This document shows positions 37,266-46,605 of a stretch of 47,490 nucleotides of DNA, piece by piece. Made by a program: the position numbers and the translations under genes. Below the pieces are notes generated by a model. It ran no database searches. It saw only the letters and a list, made by a program, of their open reading frames with translations, and was not told the DNA's origin. The stretch comes from Candidatus Woesearchaeota archaeon (GTDB taxonomy: Archaea; Nanobdellota; Nanobdellia; Pacearchaeales; GW2011-AR1): the NCBI GenBank assembly GCA_964647695.1, contig CAZYIS010000005.1:1-47490 (forward strand). The letters are read 5' to 3'. Every line of letters starts with the position of its first letter. Within the stretch, counting starts at the first letter, position 1.

Positions 37266-38717
37266 ATGGTATCGAACATAGATTATGGAAAAATAGGATT
37301 TAAGTCAGGTCTAGAGATACATCAGCAGTTGGACACTGGAAAGTTATTCTGTAAATGCCCTGGTTACTTGCGTAGCGATGAACCTCATTTTTCCATTAGA
37401 AGGAAACTTCATAAAATAGCTGGAGAAAGTGGAAAAGTAGATATTGCAGTTGAACACGAAGCAGCACTGGATAAGGAATTTATCTATCAAGGATATAATG
37501 ATTCTACTTGTTTAGTGGAAATAGATGAAGAACCTCCTAAAGAAATTAATGAAGAAGCGATTGATGAAGTTCTTAAGATGGCCATTCTTATGAATTGTGA
37601 AATTTATCCCTGCGCTCAGATAATGAGAAAAACAGTTATTGATGGTAGTAATACTTCAGGATTCCAAAGAACTGTGCTAATTGCCCATGATGGATATATT
37701 GAAACAAGTTTTGGAAAAGTTCCAATCGAATCCATTGCACTTGAAGAAGATGCAGCAAGAACAATTTCTAGAAATGAGAAAAGCGCAACCTATAGATTGG
37801 ATAGATTAGGAATTCCTCTAGTTGAAATTGGAACAAAACCAGTAATGCAAAATCCAGAACAGATAAAAGAAGCCGCACTTAAAATTGGAGAAATTGTTAG
37901 AGCCTGCAAAGTTAAAAGAGGAATAGGAACCATAAGACAGGACGTTAATGTAAGCATTAAGGGACATGATAGAGTTGAAATTAAAGGTTTCCAGGATCCT
38001 AGTATGATGGTTATGACTGCTAATATGGAAATAGAAAGACAGCAGGAAGACATTAAAAATGATAAGACGGAAAGCAGTGTTAGAAACGCATTGCCCAATG
38101 GAACTACTGAATTCTTGAGACCACTTCCAGGAGGAGCAAGAATGTATCCGGAGACGGATCTGCCTTTGTTATATATTGGTAGAGATAGAATAAATAAAAT
38201 AAAGAAAAATCTTCCAAAATTAAAAGAAGAAATAATGGCTGAACTTAAGAAGAAAGGATTGAATGGGGAATCTATATCATTAATATTAGATAATAATAAG
38301 GTGGATGAATTTGACGCTCTTGTTAAGATAAATAGAAAAGACGCTAATCTTATTGCAAAGATGATTGTTCTATGGCCCAATGAATTTGCTTCTAAGAATA
38401 AGAAAAGCTATGATGAAATAAGAGAAATTCTAACCGAAGCAGTGTTGGAAAAAGTTTTAATCGCTTACACGGAAAATAAAATTGGCGATGGAGATATTAA
38501 ACCAGTAATGAATAAAATTGTCTCTGGAACAGCTGTTGAATCTGCTTTGATAATTGAAAAGACCGACGATAATGCTCTGGAGCAGGAAATTGTCAAAATA
38601 GTAAATGAGAAACCAGGACTACGATCTGGAGCCTATATGGGTCTGATTATAGGAAAACTTGGAGCCAATGTGGATAAGAGAAAGGCCATGGAAATTCTTA
38701 ATAAACTGGTAAAATAG
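37266..38717 (+). CDS. gatE: Glu-tRNA(Gln) amidotransferase subunit E (short form)
   Basis: GLEIHQQL, MRKTVIDGSNTSGFQRT, RGIGTIRQD, RMYPETD. Confidence 0.95.
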   Translation: MVSNIDYGKIGFKSGLEIHQQLDTGKLFCKCPGYLRSDEPHFSIRRKLHKIAGESGKVDIAVEHEAALDKEFIYQGYNDSTCLVEIDEEPPKEINEEAIDEVLKMAILMNCEIYPCAQIMRKTVIDGSNTSGFQRTVLIAHDGYIETSFGKVPIESIALEEDAARTISRNEKSATYRLDRLGIPLVEIGTKPVMQNPEQIKEAALKIGEIVRACKVKRGIGTIRQDVNVSIKGHDRVEIKGFQDPSMMVMTANMEIERQQEDIKNDKTESSVRNALPNGTTEFLRPLPGGARMYPETDLPLLYIGRDRINKIKKNLPKLKEEIMAELKKKGLNGESISLILDNNKVDEFDALVKINRKDANLIAKMIVLWPNEFASKNKKSYDEIREILTEAVLEKVLIAYTENKIGDGDIKPVMNKIVSGTAVESALIIEKTDDNALEQEIVKIVNEKPGLRSGAYMGLIIGKLGANVDKRKAMEILNKLVK

Positions 38718-38751
38718 AAAGATTGAAATAATAGTAGAGATATAATTTTTT

Positions 38752-39252
38752 ATGGTAGCATATGATTCAAAGACTAAGCAAGGTAAATGTATATTCTGTG
38801 AAATTGCTAGTGGAAGAATGCAACCTATGGGTAATGGAAAGTTCTGGGAAAATGATAAATATATGGCATTTTTATCTCCATTCCCTAATACTCCTGGATT
38901 TACCGTATTAATAACTAAAGAACATTATCAAAGTGATGTTTTACAAATGCCGGACAAGGAATTAAGTGGTTTTGTTCTGGAAGCTAAAAAAATAGCTAAG
39001 CATCTAGTAGAAAAATTAGATGATGTGGGAAGAGTTGGACTAATTATGGAAGGAACGGGAATAAATCATGCACATATAAAATTAGTTCCTATGACTGGAA
39101 CGGGATATATGAAAACTGGAGAATGGAAACAGGTTCATAGTTCAGTAAATACCTATTTTGCTAAATATGATGGATGGATTGCTTCTAACGACGGCCCTAG
39201 GGCTGATGATTCAAAATTGGCTGAATTGGCTAAGAAATTAAGTATAAAATAA
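38752..39252 (+). CDS. HIT-family hydrolase
   Basis: CIFCEI, PFPNTPG, HAHIK variant triad. Confidence 0.88.
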   Translation: MVAYDSKTKQGKCIFCEIASGRMQPMGNGKFWENDKYMAFLSPFPNTPGFTVLITKEHYQSDVLQMPDKELSGFVLEAKKIAKHLVEKLDDVGRVGLIMEGTGINHAHIKLVPMTGTGYMKTGEWKQVHSSVNTYFAKYDGWIASNDGPRADDSKLAELAKKLSIK

Positions 39253-39293
39253 AGAACAATAACAATTAAAAACGCCATTTTTCTAGGATTAAT

Positions 39294-40607
39294 ATGATGG
39301 ATTTACAAAAATTAAACAAGGAAAGAACCTACATCAAAGATATTAGTGCTGAGAATGATGGTAAAGAAGTAACCATTGCAGGTTGGCTTTATGATGATCG
39401 TGATCTTGGAAAGCTGAGATTTATTCTTATAAGAGATATTACTGGAGAAATTCAGGTAACTGGATTTAAGGGAGAAACAAAGGATGAAGTATTCAAGAAA
39501 ATGAAAGCAACCAGAGAAAGCGTAATGATAATTAAAGGCATTGTGAAGAAAAGTCCTAAGGCTCCCGGAGGAAGAGAAATTGCACCTACGGAAATAGAAT
39601 TGATGTCCAGTGCTGAGCAACCATTGCCTATAGACGTAACTGACTTTTCAAAAACTGAATTACCAAAGAGATTGGATTATAGATTCCTTGATTTACATAG
39701 AAGAAAAGTTCAGGCCGTATTTAAAGTGCAGAGTACAATAATTCAAGCATACCATGAATTTATGGTTAAGGAAGGAGCAATGGAAGCCATGTTCCCTTCA
39801 ATTATAAGTAGCAGTAGCGAAGGTGGAACTGAGTTGTTTAAAGCTAAATATTTTGAAAAGGAAGTTTGCTTATCTCAAAGTTGCCAATTGTATAAACAAA
39901 TGTTGGCCTGTTCCATGGAAAAAGTATTTGCAGTATTCACTGTTTGGAGAGCTGAAAAGCATAATACGGTTAGACATTTGAATGAATCTAGACAATTCGA
40001 TTATGAGCAGGCATTTGCTGATGAACATGTGGTAATGGAAGTTCTGGCAAGATGTGTTCAGTATATGGCTAAACAGGTTATTGAAAAGAATAAAGCAGAA
40101 TTAGATTTACTTGGAGTTAAACTTGAAGTTCCAAAAGTTAAATATTTGACATTTGCAGAAGTTACAGAACTTGGAAAGAAACATGGAGTTCATGTTGGAA
40201 AAACTGATTTATCCGGAGAATCGGAAAAGAAACTTGGAGAATTATTTCCAGAAACCATAGTGTTTGTACATGATTGGCCTCTTGCTGGAAAACCATTTTA
40301 TATTATGCCTAAGGAAGGAAAGAAGGGAGAAGAATTATCTAGAGGTTTTGACGCAATCTATAGGGGTATGGAAATATCTTCTGGAGGACAGAGAGTACAT
40401 CTGCCAGAATTATTGACCGAGAGATTGAAAGCTAAGGGACTTAATCCTAAGGATTTCAAAGATTATATTGATTCATTTAGATTTGGTGCTCCAGCTCACG
40501 CAGGATGGGGAATGGGAGTAGAAAGAATTACAATGCTTATGTTGGGATTGGAAAATATTAGAGAAGCCGTATTGTTCCCAAGAGATAGGGATAGATTAAC
40601 ACCTTAA
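39294..40607 (+). CDS. aspS: Aspartyl-tRNA synthetase (probably non-discriminating)
   Basis: RLDYRFLDL, SEGG, WRAE, EISSGGQR, FPRD; co-occurs with gatC/gatA. Confidence 0.93.
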   Translation: MMDLQKLNKERTYIKDISAENDGKEVTIAGWLYDDRDLGKLRFILIRDITGEIQVTGFKGETKDEVFKKMKATRESVMIIKGIVKKSPKAPGGREIAPTEIELMSSAEQPLPIDVTDFSKTELPKRLDYRFLDLHRRKVQAVFKVQSTIIQAYHEFMVKEGAMEAMFPSIISSSSEGGTELFKAKYFEKEVCLSQSCQLYKQMLACSMEKVFAVFTVWRAEKHNTVRHLNESRQFDYEQAFADEHVVMEVLARCVQYMAKQVIEKNKAELDLLGVKLEVPKVKYLTFAEVTELGKKHGVHVGKTDLSGESEKKLGELFPETIVFVHDWPLAGKPFYIMPKEGKKGEELSRGFDAIYRGMEISSGGQRVHLPELLTERLKAKGLNPKDFKDYIDSFRFGAPAHAGWGMGVERITMLMLGLENIREAVLFPRDRDRLTP

Positions 40608-40819
40608 TTGGTTGGAAAATTAATTCTTCTTTGTTCGTCCAGATGATGTAGGGCTGCTCTGGCTTTTTCAGGATCTTGTTTACAGGTGTTTAAAGTGTTT
40701 AACATAGATTCAATAATTTCTTCAAAGGTTTCACTTTTGTAAACTTTTAATTTTGATAATCTTTCTTTTGTATGTTTAGTTAGCTTTATTGTACTTACTT
40801 CGGGCTTGTTTTGAGTCAT
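40604..40819 (-). CDS. Ribbon-helix-helix-like small DNA-binding protein
   Basis: STIKLTKHTKERLSKLK....ETFEEII. Confidence 0.7.
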   Translation of the reverse strand: MTQNKPEVSTIKLTKHTKERLSKLKVYKSETFEEIIESMLNTLNTCKQDPEKARAALHHLDEQRRINFPTN

Positions 40820-40820
40820 A

Positions 40821-40906
40821 GTATACTGTAGTATACTTGGTTTATAAGTCTTTTGCTCTTATTTAGTAATATATACTGAAATATACTAAAGTATACCATA
40901 GTATAG
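40821..40906. repeat. 10-bp-phased RTATAC array, putative operator
   Basis: Copies start at 40821, 40831, 40871, 40881, 40891 and 40901 (last one GTATAG). Confidence 0.7.
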
Positions 40907-40935
40907 TAAACAAAAGGTTTAAATATAAGGGTTAC

Positions 40936-41139
40936 TTGGATATATTATGCCGACGCCGCATAATTACGACGCCGACCCAAAACATGGCAACGGCATTAAA
41001 AATATTACATTCATTGGAAGGACAAGTAGATAAAAATACTGGTCTCTTGGAAGAAAGAGGTGATACCAGACAAATTTACTGTGTCGAGTCTATTGGTCCT
41101 TCCGTTATTTTTTCTAATTTTGGAGGTTTGAAATGCTAG
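40936..41139 (+). CDS. Small hypothetical protein (start uncertain)
   Basis: Short ORF overlapping the next start; GGAGG upstream of 41133. Confidence 0.35.
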   Translation: MDILCRRRIITTPTQNMATALKILHSLEGQVDKNTGLLEERGDTRQIYCVESIGPSVIFSNFGGLKC

Positions 41140-41759
41140 TTACTCAAGAAGGAACTATTCTTCCATCAGGGATTGGAGTAGAAACATTAAGAAATATGAG
41201 ATTGAGATTACCTGAACTGGCAGAAATAAGAAGACCACTGCCATACCAGAATCCATTATCCCTTGAAGAACAAGAAGCAATAAGAAGAAATAGTCTAATC
41301 TATCTTTTTGATAATGATGTAATTAATCTAGAAGATATATCTAGATTAGGTAAATTATTTGAAAGACATTTGAATGATTATGAATGGAATGAAGTTTCTA
41401 GACATCCGGAAGATTATTGGCCCATATTGATTGCTAATCAATTAAGAGATGAAGATAGTCAGAGAAAGATAGGAAATCATTTATATAAGATCGGAACATT
41501 CACCGATAGAAATAAACAAGATAAATTTAATCTTAATCAGATGGTTTGGATTGGAAGAGCCGTAGAACTATATCCTTGGAATAATTTTGGTAGAGAAGCA
41601 GGACTTTCGGCCATGGTGGAAGAAATAATACCCGCCATCGCTCCAGTTTATCGAGCCTATTATGGAATTAAAATGGGTATAGGCCAGGATGTAAATTATA
41701 TTGATGGCGAATCTCATGGAAGAATAGAATCCTATCGTAGAGCTAAAGAAAGAAGATAA
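41133..41759 (+). CDS. Hypothetical protein
   Basis: 208-aa ORF with SD GGAGG. Confidence 0.6.
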   Translation: MLVTQEGTILPSGIGVETLRNMRLRLPELAEIRRPLPYQNPLSLEEQEAIRRNSLIYLFDNDVINLEDISRLGKLFERHLNDYEWNEVSRHPEDYWPILIANQLRDEDSQRKIGNHLYKIGTFTDRNKQDKFNLNQMVWIGRAVELYPWNNFGREAGLSAMVEEIIPAIAPVYRAYYGIKMGIGQDVNYIDGESHGRIESYRRAKERR

Positions 41760-41919
41760 AATGAAATCTAAAAAAATGTTTTTTATGCTGAGAGTTCGTG
41801 CAATTTTACTCTTGGCAATAATTTCGCACTTTATACATAGATTTTTTGTTCGTTCTTTATTCGATGAACATCTGGAAATGAAGTAATAAGTTTTTAAATA
41901 AGAATTCTCTAGCAAGGAT

Positions 41920-42762
41920 ATGAAATTATTAATGGTGGGCGATTTTCATGGGGAATTTTCTAAGAAATTTGAAAAACTAATAAAAAAAGAGAAAATTGAT
42001 CTATTGGTTTCTAATGGTGATTTTTTTCCTTTTCATTACAGAAAATTGTGGTTCAAACATTGTTATGGTACAAGTAATGAATTGTGGGAAGTAATAGGCA
42101 AAAATAATTATAAAAAATTGGTTTTAACAGATTTAAAGGATGGAGAAAATGCAATTTCTAAGATTAATGATTTACCTATTCCAGCAATTACAGTCTATGG
42201 AAACATAGATTATACTAGAACTATGGATTTTGCAGATTATAAGATTGATAAAAATCATCATTGGAAATGGGATGAACAAAACTTTTTTTCTAAAATAATT
42301 AAAAAATATAAAAACATTAATGATTTCACTTATTCATATTACGCTTTTGGAGATTATGTCTTTATTGGGGCCTATGGCGGAATGGTTCCTGGAAAACCAA
42401 GAAGTAAAAATTTCATAAAACATAAAAAGATTCTAGAAAAACTGTTTAATAAATTTAAAAAAGAGAATAAAAATAGAAAAGTCATATTTGTTTCGCATAA
42501 TGTACCATATAATACAAAACTAGACAAAATAGGAAGGAAAGCACATAAATTAGTAAGAGGCAAACATTATGGTTCTATGATGGTGAGACAAGTAATCAAC
42601 AAATATCAGCCAGTGATACATTTTGGAGGGCACATACATGAATCAAAGGGGATTCAAAAAATTGGTAAAACTTTATGCATAAACCCTGGAGCAGCCCATG
42701 ATGGACGAGGAGCAATTGTAGAAATCGTTAATAATAGAGTTAAAGTTAAATTAATTAAATAG
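41920..42762 (+). CDS. Calcineurin-like metallophosphoesterase
   Basis: GDFHG, NGD, GNID, SH, GHIHE, NPG. Confidence 0.9.
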   Translation: MKLLMVGDFHGEFSKKFEKLIKKEKIDLLVSNGDFFPFHYRKLWFKHCYGTSNELWEVIGKNNYKKLVLTDLKDGENAISKINDLPIPAITVYGNIDYTRTMDFADYKIDKNHHWKWDEQNFFSKIIKKYKNINDFTYSYYAFGDYVFIGAYGGMVPGKPRSKNFIKHKKILEKLFNKFKKENKNRKVIFVSHNVPYNTKLDKIGRKAHKLVRGKHYGSMMVRQVINKYQPVIHFGGHIHESKGIQKIGKTLCINPGAAHDGRGAIVEIVNNRVKVKLIK

Positions 42763-42792
42763 CTTTATAAATTCCCAATTTCTTTTTAATGT

Positions 42793-43038
42793 ATGAAAGA
42801 GCAATTAACACTTGAGGAAAGAGATAAAATAAAGAAAGAAGCTAAGAAAATTCTAGATAGTTTTGCTTCTGCATTGAATAAGGTTAAACTTAAGGGTAAG
42901 AAGGAAAAGAAAGAAGTTTCTGGATTTAGAGAAGAAGGAAATGGAGTTCAAAGAACTGAGGAGTTTAGAAAAATGATATTTGCAAATGCTCATTCTAAGA
43001 ATGAAAATGCAATAATTGGAGAAACTAAGGCATGGTAA
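42793..43038 (+). CDS. gatC: Divergent Asp/Glu-tRNA amidotransferase subunit C
   Basis: KKILDSF...FREE...FANA pattern; gatA nearby. Confidence 0.55.
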   Translation: MKEQLTLEERDKIKKEAKKILDSFASALNKVKLKGKKEKKEVSGFREEGNGVQRTEEFRKMIFANAHSKNENAIIGETKAW

Positions 43039-43571
43039 AAGCGTCTAAATCTAAAAAAGTCGTTAAGAAAGAAACTAAGAAAGTTAAAGCTGTAAAGAAA
43101 GTTGAAGAAAAAGAGGAAATGAGCGTTGATGATGCATTTGCAGATGATGAAGATGTGGAATATGCAAAACCTAAGCCTAAGAAGGAAAAGAAAGGCAAGG
43201 GAATGAGTGCTAAAGAATTAGAAGAAGAATTGGATGAAGCCGAGAATGAAGAATCTAAAGTGTCCAATGCAGTTAATGGTGCTAGCGATAGTGTGGAAAG
43301 AGAAATTACTTTCAAAACATCTAAGCCTATTTCTAAAGTAAAGAAAGGAGACAAGCTGAAGATTGAGGGCATTGAATATGAAGTTGATGGACATTATGTG
43401 TTAATAGACCATGGAGCCACTAAAGAAATGGCAATAGAAATATTTAATCCTAAAACCGATAAGGATTATCAATTGAGATATTTTGATGATCAGGTTGAAT
43501 CTACTCTAGATTTATATGAACTTCAGGATATTCTTTATCTTAAGAGACAATTCAAAAAAATTGAATGGTAA
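43032..43571 (+). CDS. Hypothetical protein with highly charged N-terminal half
   Basis: K/E-rich low-complexity region followed by a beta domain. Confidence 0.7.
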   Translation: MVKASKSKKVVKKETKKVKAVKKVEEKEEMSVDDAFADDEDVEYAKPKPKKEKKGKGMSAKELEEELDEAENEESKVSNAVNGASDSVEREITFKTSKPISKVKKGDKLKIEGIEYEVDGHYVLIDHGATKEMAIEIFNPKTDKDYQLRYFDDQVESTLDLYELQDILYLKRQFKKIEW

Positions 43572-43634
43572 TGTCTTAGAGGATTATTATTTCCTAACGA
43601 CAAGTTTTATTAATAGAGTTATTATCTTCTAGTT

Positions 43635-44423
43635 ATGATGAATAAGAGTGTAATTTTTGTTTTTGCTTTGATTTTTATTAGTTTAAGCTTTGTTTCTGCA
43701 GTTAGCTATCCTCAACCCTATAATCAACAGGTTAATGATTATGCAAAGGTATTTTCTCAACAGGAAACAATTTATTTACAATCATTGTTTTATGATATTG
43801 AGCAGAATACTACTGCGCAAGTTGTGATTGTGACTCTCGATTCTATTAATGGTTCAGATATGAATCAATATGCTACTCAATTAGGTAATAATTGGGGTGT
43901 TGGAATTGGAACTGCAAAAAAAGATAATGGGTTGTTGATGTTATATGTTGCAGATCAGCCCATTAACAATAGATTTTATGTTGCCACAGGTTATGGGACG
44001 GAAGGAGTATTACCTGCATCGATGATTGGTAGATTACTGGATGAAAATTATGTACCTCTAAAAAATAAAGGCAATATAAGTGAAGGAATAATTGCTTTTT
44101 CTAATGCTATTTATCCGATATTGATCCAAAATGCAGACTATATACGAGCAGACTCAAATTCGACTAATAGTATTTCTTTGGTCGGAATAATTATTTTTCT
44201 ATTGGTCGTATTCCTTATTATTGCATTGATTGCCTATCCTTTTGTTAGCAGAAAGAGAAAAGGATTTGGAGACTTTATGATGTTCTTCTTTATTGACTTT
44301 CTGGTAAGAATAATTATTTATTCCATAATATTTAGAGGAGGAAGTGGCCGAAGTTCTGGAGGAGGGTTTAGAGGCGGTGGCTTCGGTGGTGGAGGATTTG
44401 GCGGAGGAGGAGCCGGAAGATAA
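43635..44423 (+). CDS. TPM-domain membrane protein
   Basis: VNDYA, WGVG...DNG, TGYGTEG, Gly-rich tail GGGFGGGGAG. Confidence 0.92.
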   Translation: MMNKSVIFVFALIFISLSFVSAVSYPQPYNQQVNDYAKVFSQQETIYLQSLFYDIEQNTTAQVVIVTLDSINGSDMNQYATQLGNNWGVGIGTAKKDNGLLMLYVADQPINNRFYVATGYGTEGVLPASMIGRLLDENYVPLKNKGNISEGIIAFSNAIYPILIQNADYIRADSNSTNSISLVGIIIFLLVVFLIIALIAYPFVSRKRKGFGDFMMFFFIDFLVRIIIYSIIFRGGSGRSSGGGFRGGGFGGGGFGGGGAGR

Positions 44424-44479
44424 ACTAGGGATTATTTGTACAGCATAATCTTTTTAAACTGATTTTATCTAAATATAAT

Positions 44480-45064
44480 ATGGGAAAAATGAAGAATTCT
44501 ACAATTGCCTGGATTATTGTTGGAGCAGTAGTATTAATTCTACTTTTGTGGTTTGTTGGAGCATATAATAATTTTGTTTCTTTAAGTCAAAATGTTGACA
44601 GTAAATGGAGTCAAGTAGAAAATGATTATCAAGTACAAGCCGATAAAATTCCTAATTTTGCATCAACTATAACCAGTCAAGTTGGAGTTGAAACTAAGTT
44701 CGTTAAGGATGTTATTGCTGCAAGGACTGCATTTAAAGATGCTCAAGGTCAAGCTCAAATAGATGCTGCTGGACAACAAATGAACAATGGAATAACTACA
44801 TTAGTTAATGCTGTAGCTGAAAATTATCCAGTATTACAAGCAAGCACAGGTTATACTCAATTGAGAGATGAATTATCAGCAAGCCAAAATAAGATTGGTA
44901 ACTCTAGACGTTTATATATTGAAGCAATTCAAGATTATAACACTGCAACCAAGAGATTCCCAAGTAATATTATCGCTGGAATATTTGGATTCTCTGGAAA
45001 AGACTATTACAAAGCAGCAGCTGGAACAAATACTCCTGTTCTGGGTAATGGAACTTTACCTTAA
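44480..45064 (+). CDS. lemA: LemA family protein
   Basis: YN..V, WSQVE, AENYP.L, FPSNIIA. Confidence 0.92.
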   Translation: MGKMKNSTIAWIIVGAVVLILLLWFVGAYNNFVSLSQNVDSKWSQVENDYQVQADKIPNFASTITSQVGVETKFVKDVIAARTAFKDAQGQAQIDAAGQQMNNGITTLVNAVAENYPVLQASTGYTQLRDELSASQNKIGNSRRLYIEAIQDYNTATKRFPSNIIAGIFGFSGKDYYKAAAGTNTPVLGNGTLP

Positions 45065-45129
45065 ACAAATTTTAAATTTGATTTTTTAATTATATTTCTT
45101 AGCATATAAAACGTTTTAAATGGTGTTTT

Positions 45130-46581
45130 ATGTTTAGATTCATGGGTGAAGAAGTAGAACATAATTGTTTAATATCCGTTTCACATAATTTAGATGATGC
45201 CTATGCTATGGCCATTGCCCAGCAGCATAGAGGGAAAGATTCTACAGGTATTTTTGCTAGAGGAGAGCATGGAATCGACGTTTTAAAATGGATTGGCCCC
45301 GTTTCCAGATTCAACGTTAAGGCATTACACAAAATATTTACTGCTGAGAGATATCACACATTCGGGATTCATGGAAAGTATAGAACAAAAGGCGAACGTG
45401 AAATTAATTTAAATGAAGTTCATCCGATATGCGAGGGAGGAGTTATAGAAGATAGAGGAAGTCATATATTCGTACACGGAGTAAATAAAGCATTAATGCA
45501 CAATGGCCAAGTAGAACAAAGATTCTTGGATGGAATAGATCAAAGTCGATTAAAAACGAAATGTGACAGTGAAGGAGTACTTCATTTTTACTCTAAATTT
45601 GGAATTGAATCTGTTCTTACTCAAATTCCTGATGGATATACTCTTGCTATCGCTGATCTAAATGTGGATGGAGTCGTTATATGTAGAGGGAGACACGGTT
45701 TAAAGCCCGGCGTTCGTGGGAATAAAGGAGGTTTTGATCTTTTTGCATCAGAAAGTGTAGCTTTCTCGGATATTCATGCAACTCTAAATGGAGATATCAC
45801 TCCCGGAGCAGTTTATTATTTAAGACCGAATGGAAAAATGTCTGGACCTAGACAAATTGTTCCTCCGGAGAGAAAACATTGTATGTTTGAGTTTCAATAT
45901 GTTGCTCATCCAAAAACTCTTTTAGAGAGACTTTCAGTTGCAGGAATAAGACAGGATTTGGGTGAAAAATTATTTGAAGAATTTCCAACGGGAGACGCGG
46001 ATTTTGTAACTTATATCCCTGAATCACCCAAAGATGGTGCTCAATCCTATGCCAATCGTGCAGGTATACCTCTTGTAGAATGTTTTTACAAAATTAATGA
46101 TACAAGATCTTTTCAAGCGCACACTCCTGAACAAAGAAATACATCAATCTCTGAAAATCTTTATCTTTTACCCGGCGTAATTCCTTTGATAATGGGTAAA
46201 AAATTAAAAGTACTTGATGACAGTATAGTTAGAGGCACCGTCATTCGTAGATCTAGGCATCTACTAGGCGACATTGCTAAAGTAAAAGAAGAAGATTATT
46301 TAAGTTTGACTCCTAAAATAGGAATTATTGGAGTAGATGGCATAAAAAGAGGATGCGATTTTGGAGGAATTGATATGCCTGCAATAGAGGACAAAAATCA
46401 TTCTTTTATAGCTCGAGGAAGAACCGATGAGCAAATTAATAATATTATTGGAGCAAGAGTAGGATATTTATCAATTAGGGGTTTTGAAGAAGTTTACAGA
46501 AAAAGAGGGTTACCTCCAGAGAATTTGTGTACTTTCTGCATTGGTGGAAAATACCCATTTCGGGTTAATGGTAATGTTTAA
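45130..46581 (+). CDS. purF: Amidophosphoribosyltransferase-like protein (divergent)
   Basis: Propeptide then Cys (EHNC), QHRG, HNG, CDSE, CMFEFQY, DDSIVRGT, CTFC. Confidence 0.8.
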   Translation: MFRFMGEEVEHNCLISVSHNLDDAYAMAIAQQHRGKDSTGIFARGEHGIDVLKWIGPVSRFNVKALHKIFTAERYHTFGIHGKYRTKGEREINLNEVHPICEGGVIEDRGSHIFVHGVNKALMHNGQVEQRFLDGIDQSRLKTKCDSEGVLHFYSKFGIESVLTQIPDGYTLAIADLNVDGVVICRGRHGLKPGVRGNKGGFDLFASESVAFSDIHATLNGDITPGAVYYLRPNGKMSGPRQIVPPERKHCMFEFQYVAHPKTLLERLSVAGIRQDLGEKLFEEFPTGDADFVTYIPESPKDGAQSYANRAGIPLVECFYKINDTRSFQAHTPEQRNTSISENLYLLPGVIPLIMGKKLKVLDDSIVRGTVIRRSRHLLGDIAKVKEEDYLSLTPKIGIIGVDGIKRGCDFGGIDMPAIEDKNHSFIARGRTDEQINNIIGARVGYLSIRGFEEVYRKRGLPPENLCTFCIGGKYPFRVNGNV

Positions 46582-46605
46582 GAAATATAGTTTTATTATA
46601 TAAAT

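Noticed and set aside
37790-38380. 196-aa antisense ORF, and other shadow ORFs such as 2133-2363, 5211-5546, 32573-32902 and 43025-43372
   Set aside because: Fully antisense to well-supported genes, with composition typical of shadow frames
41568-41915. 115-aa minus-strand ORF
   Set aside because: Overlaps the 208-aa ORF, has a non-ATG start and no recognisable features
44338-44420. GC-rich GGN repeat
   Set aside because: Ordinary Gly-rich tail of TPM-domain proteins
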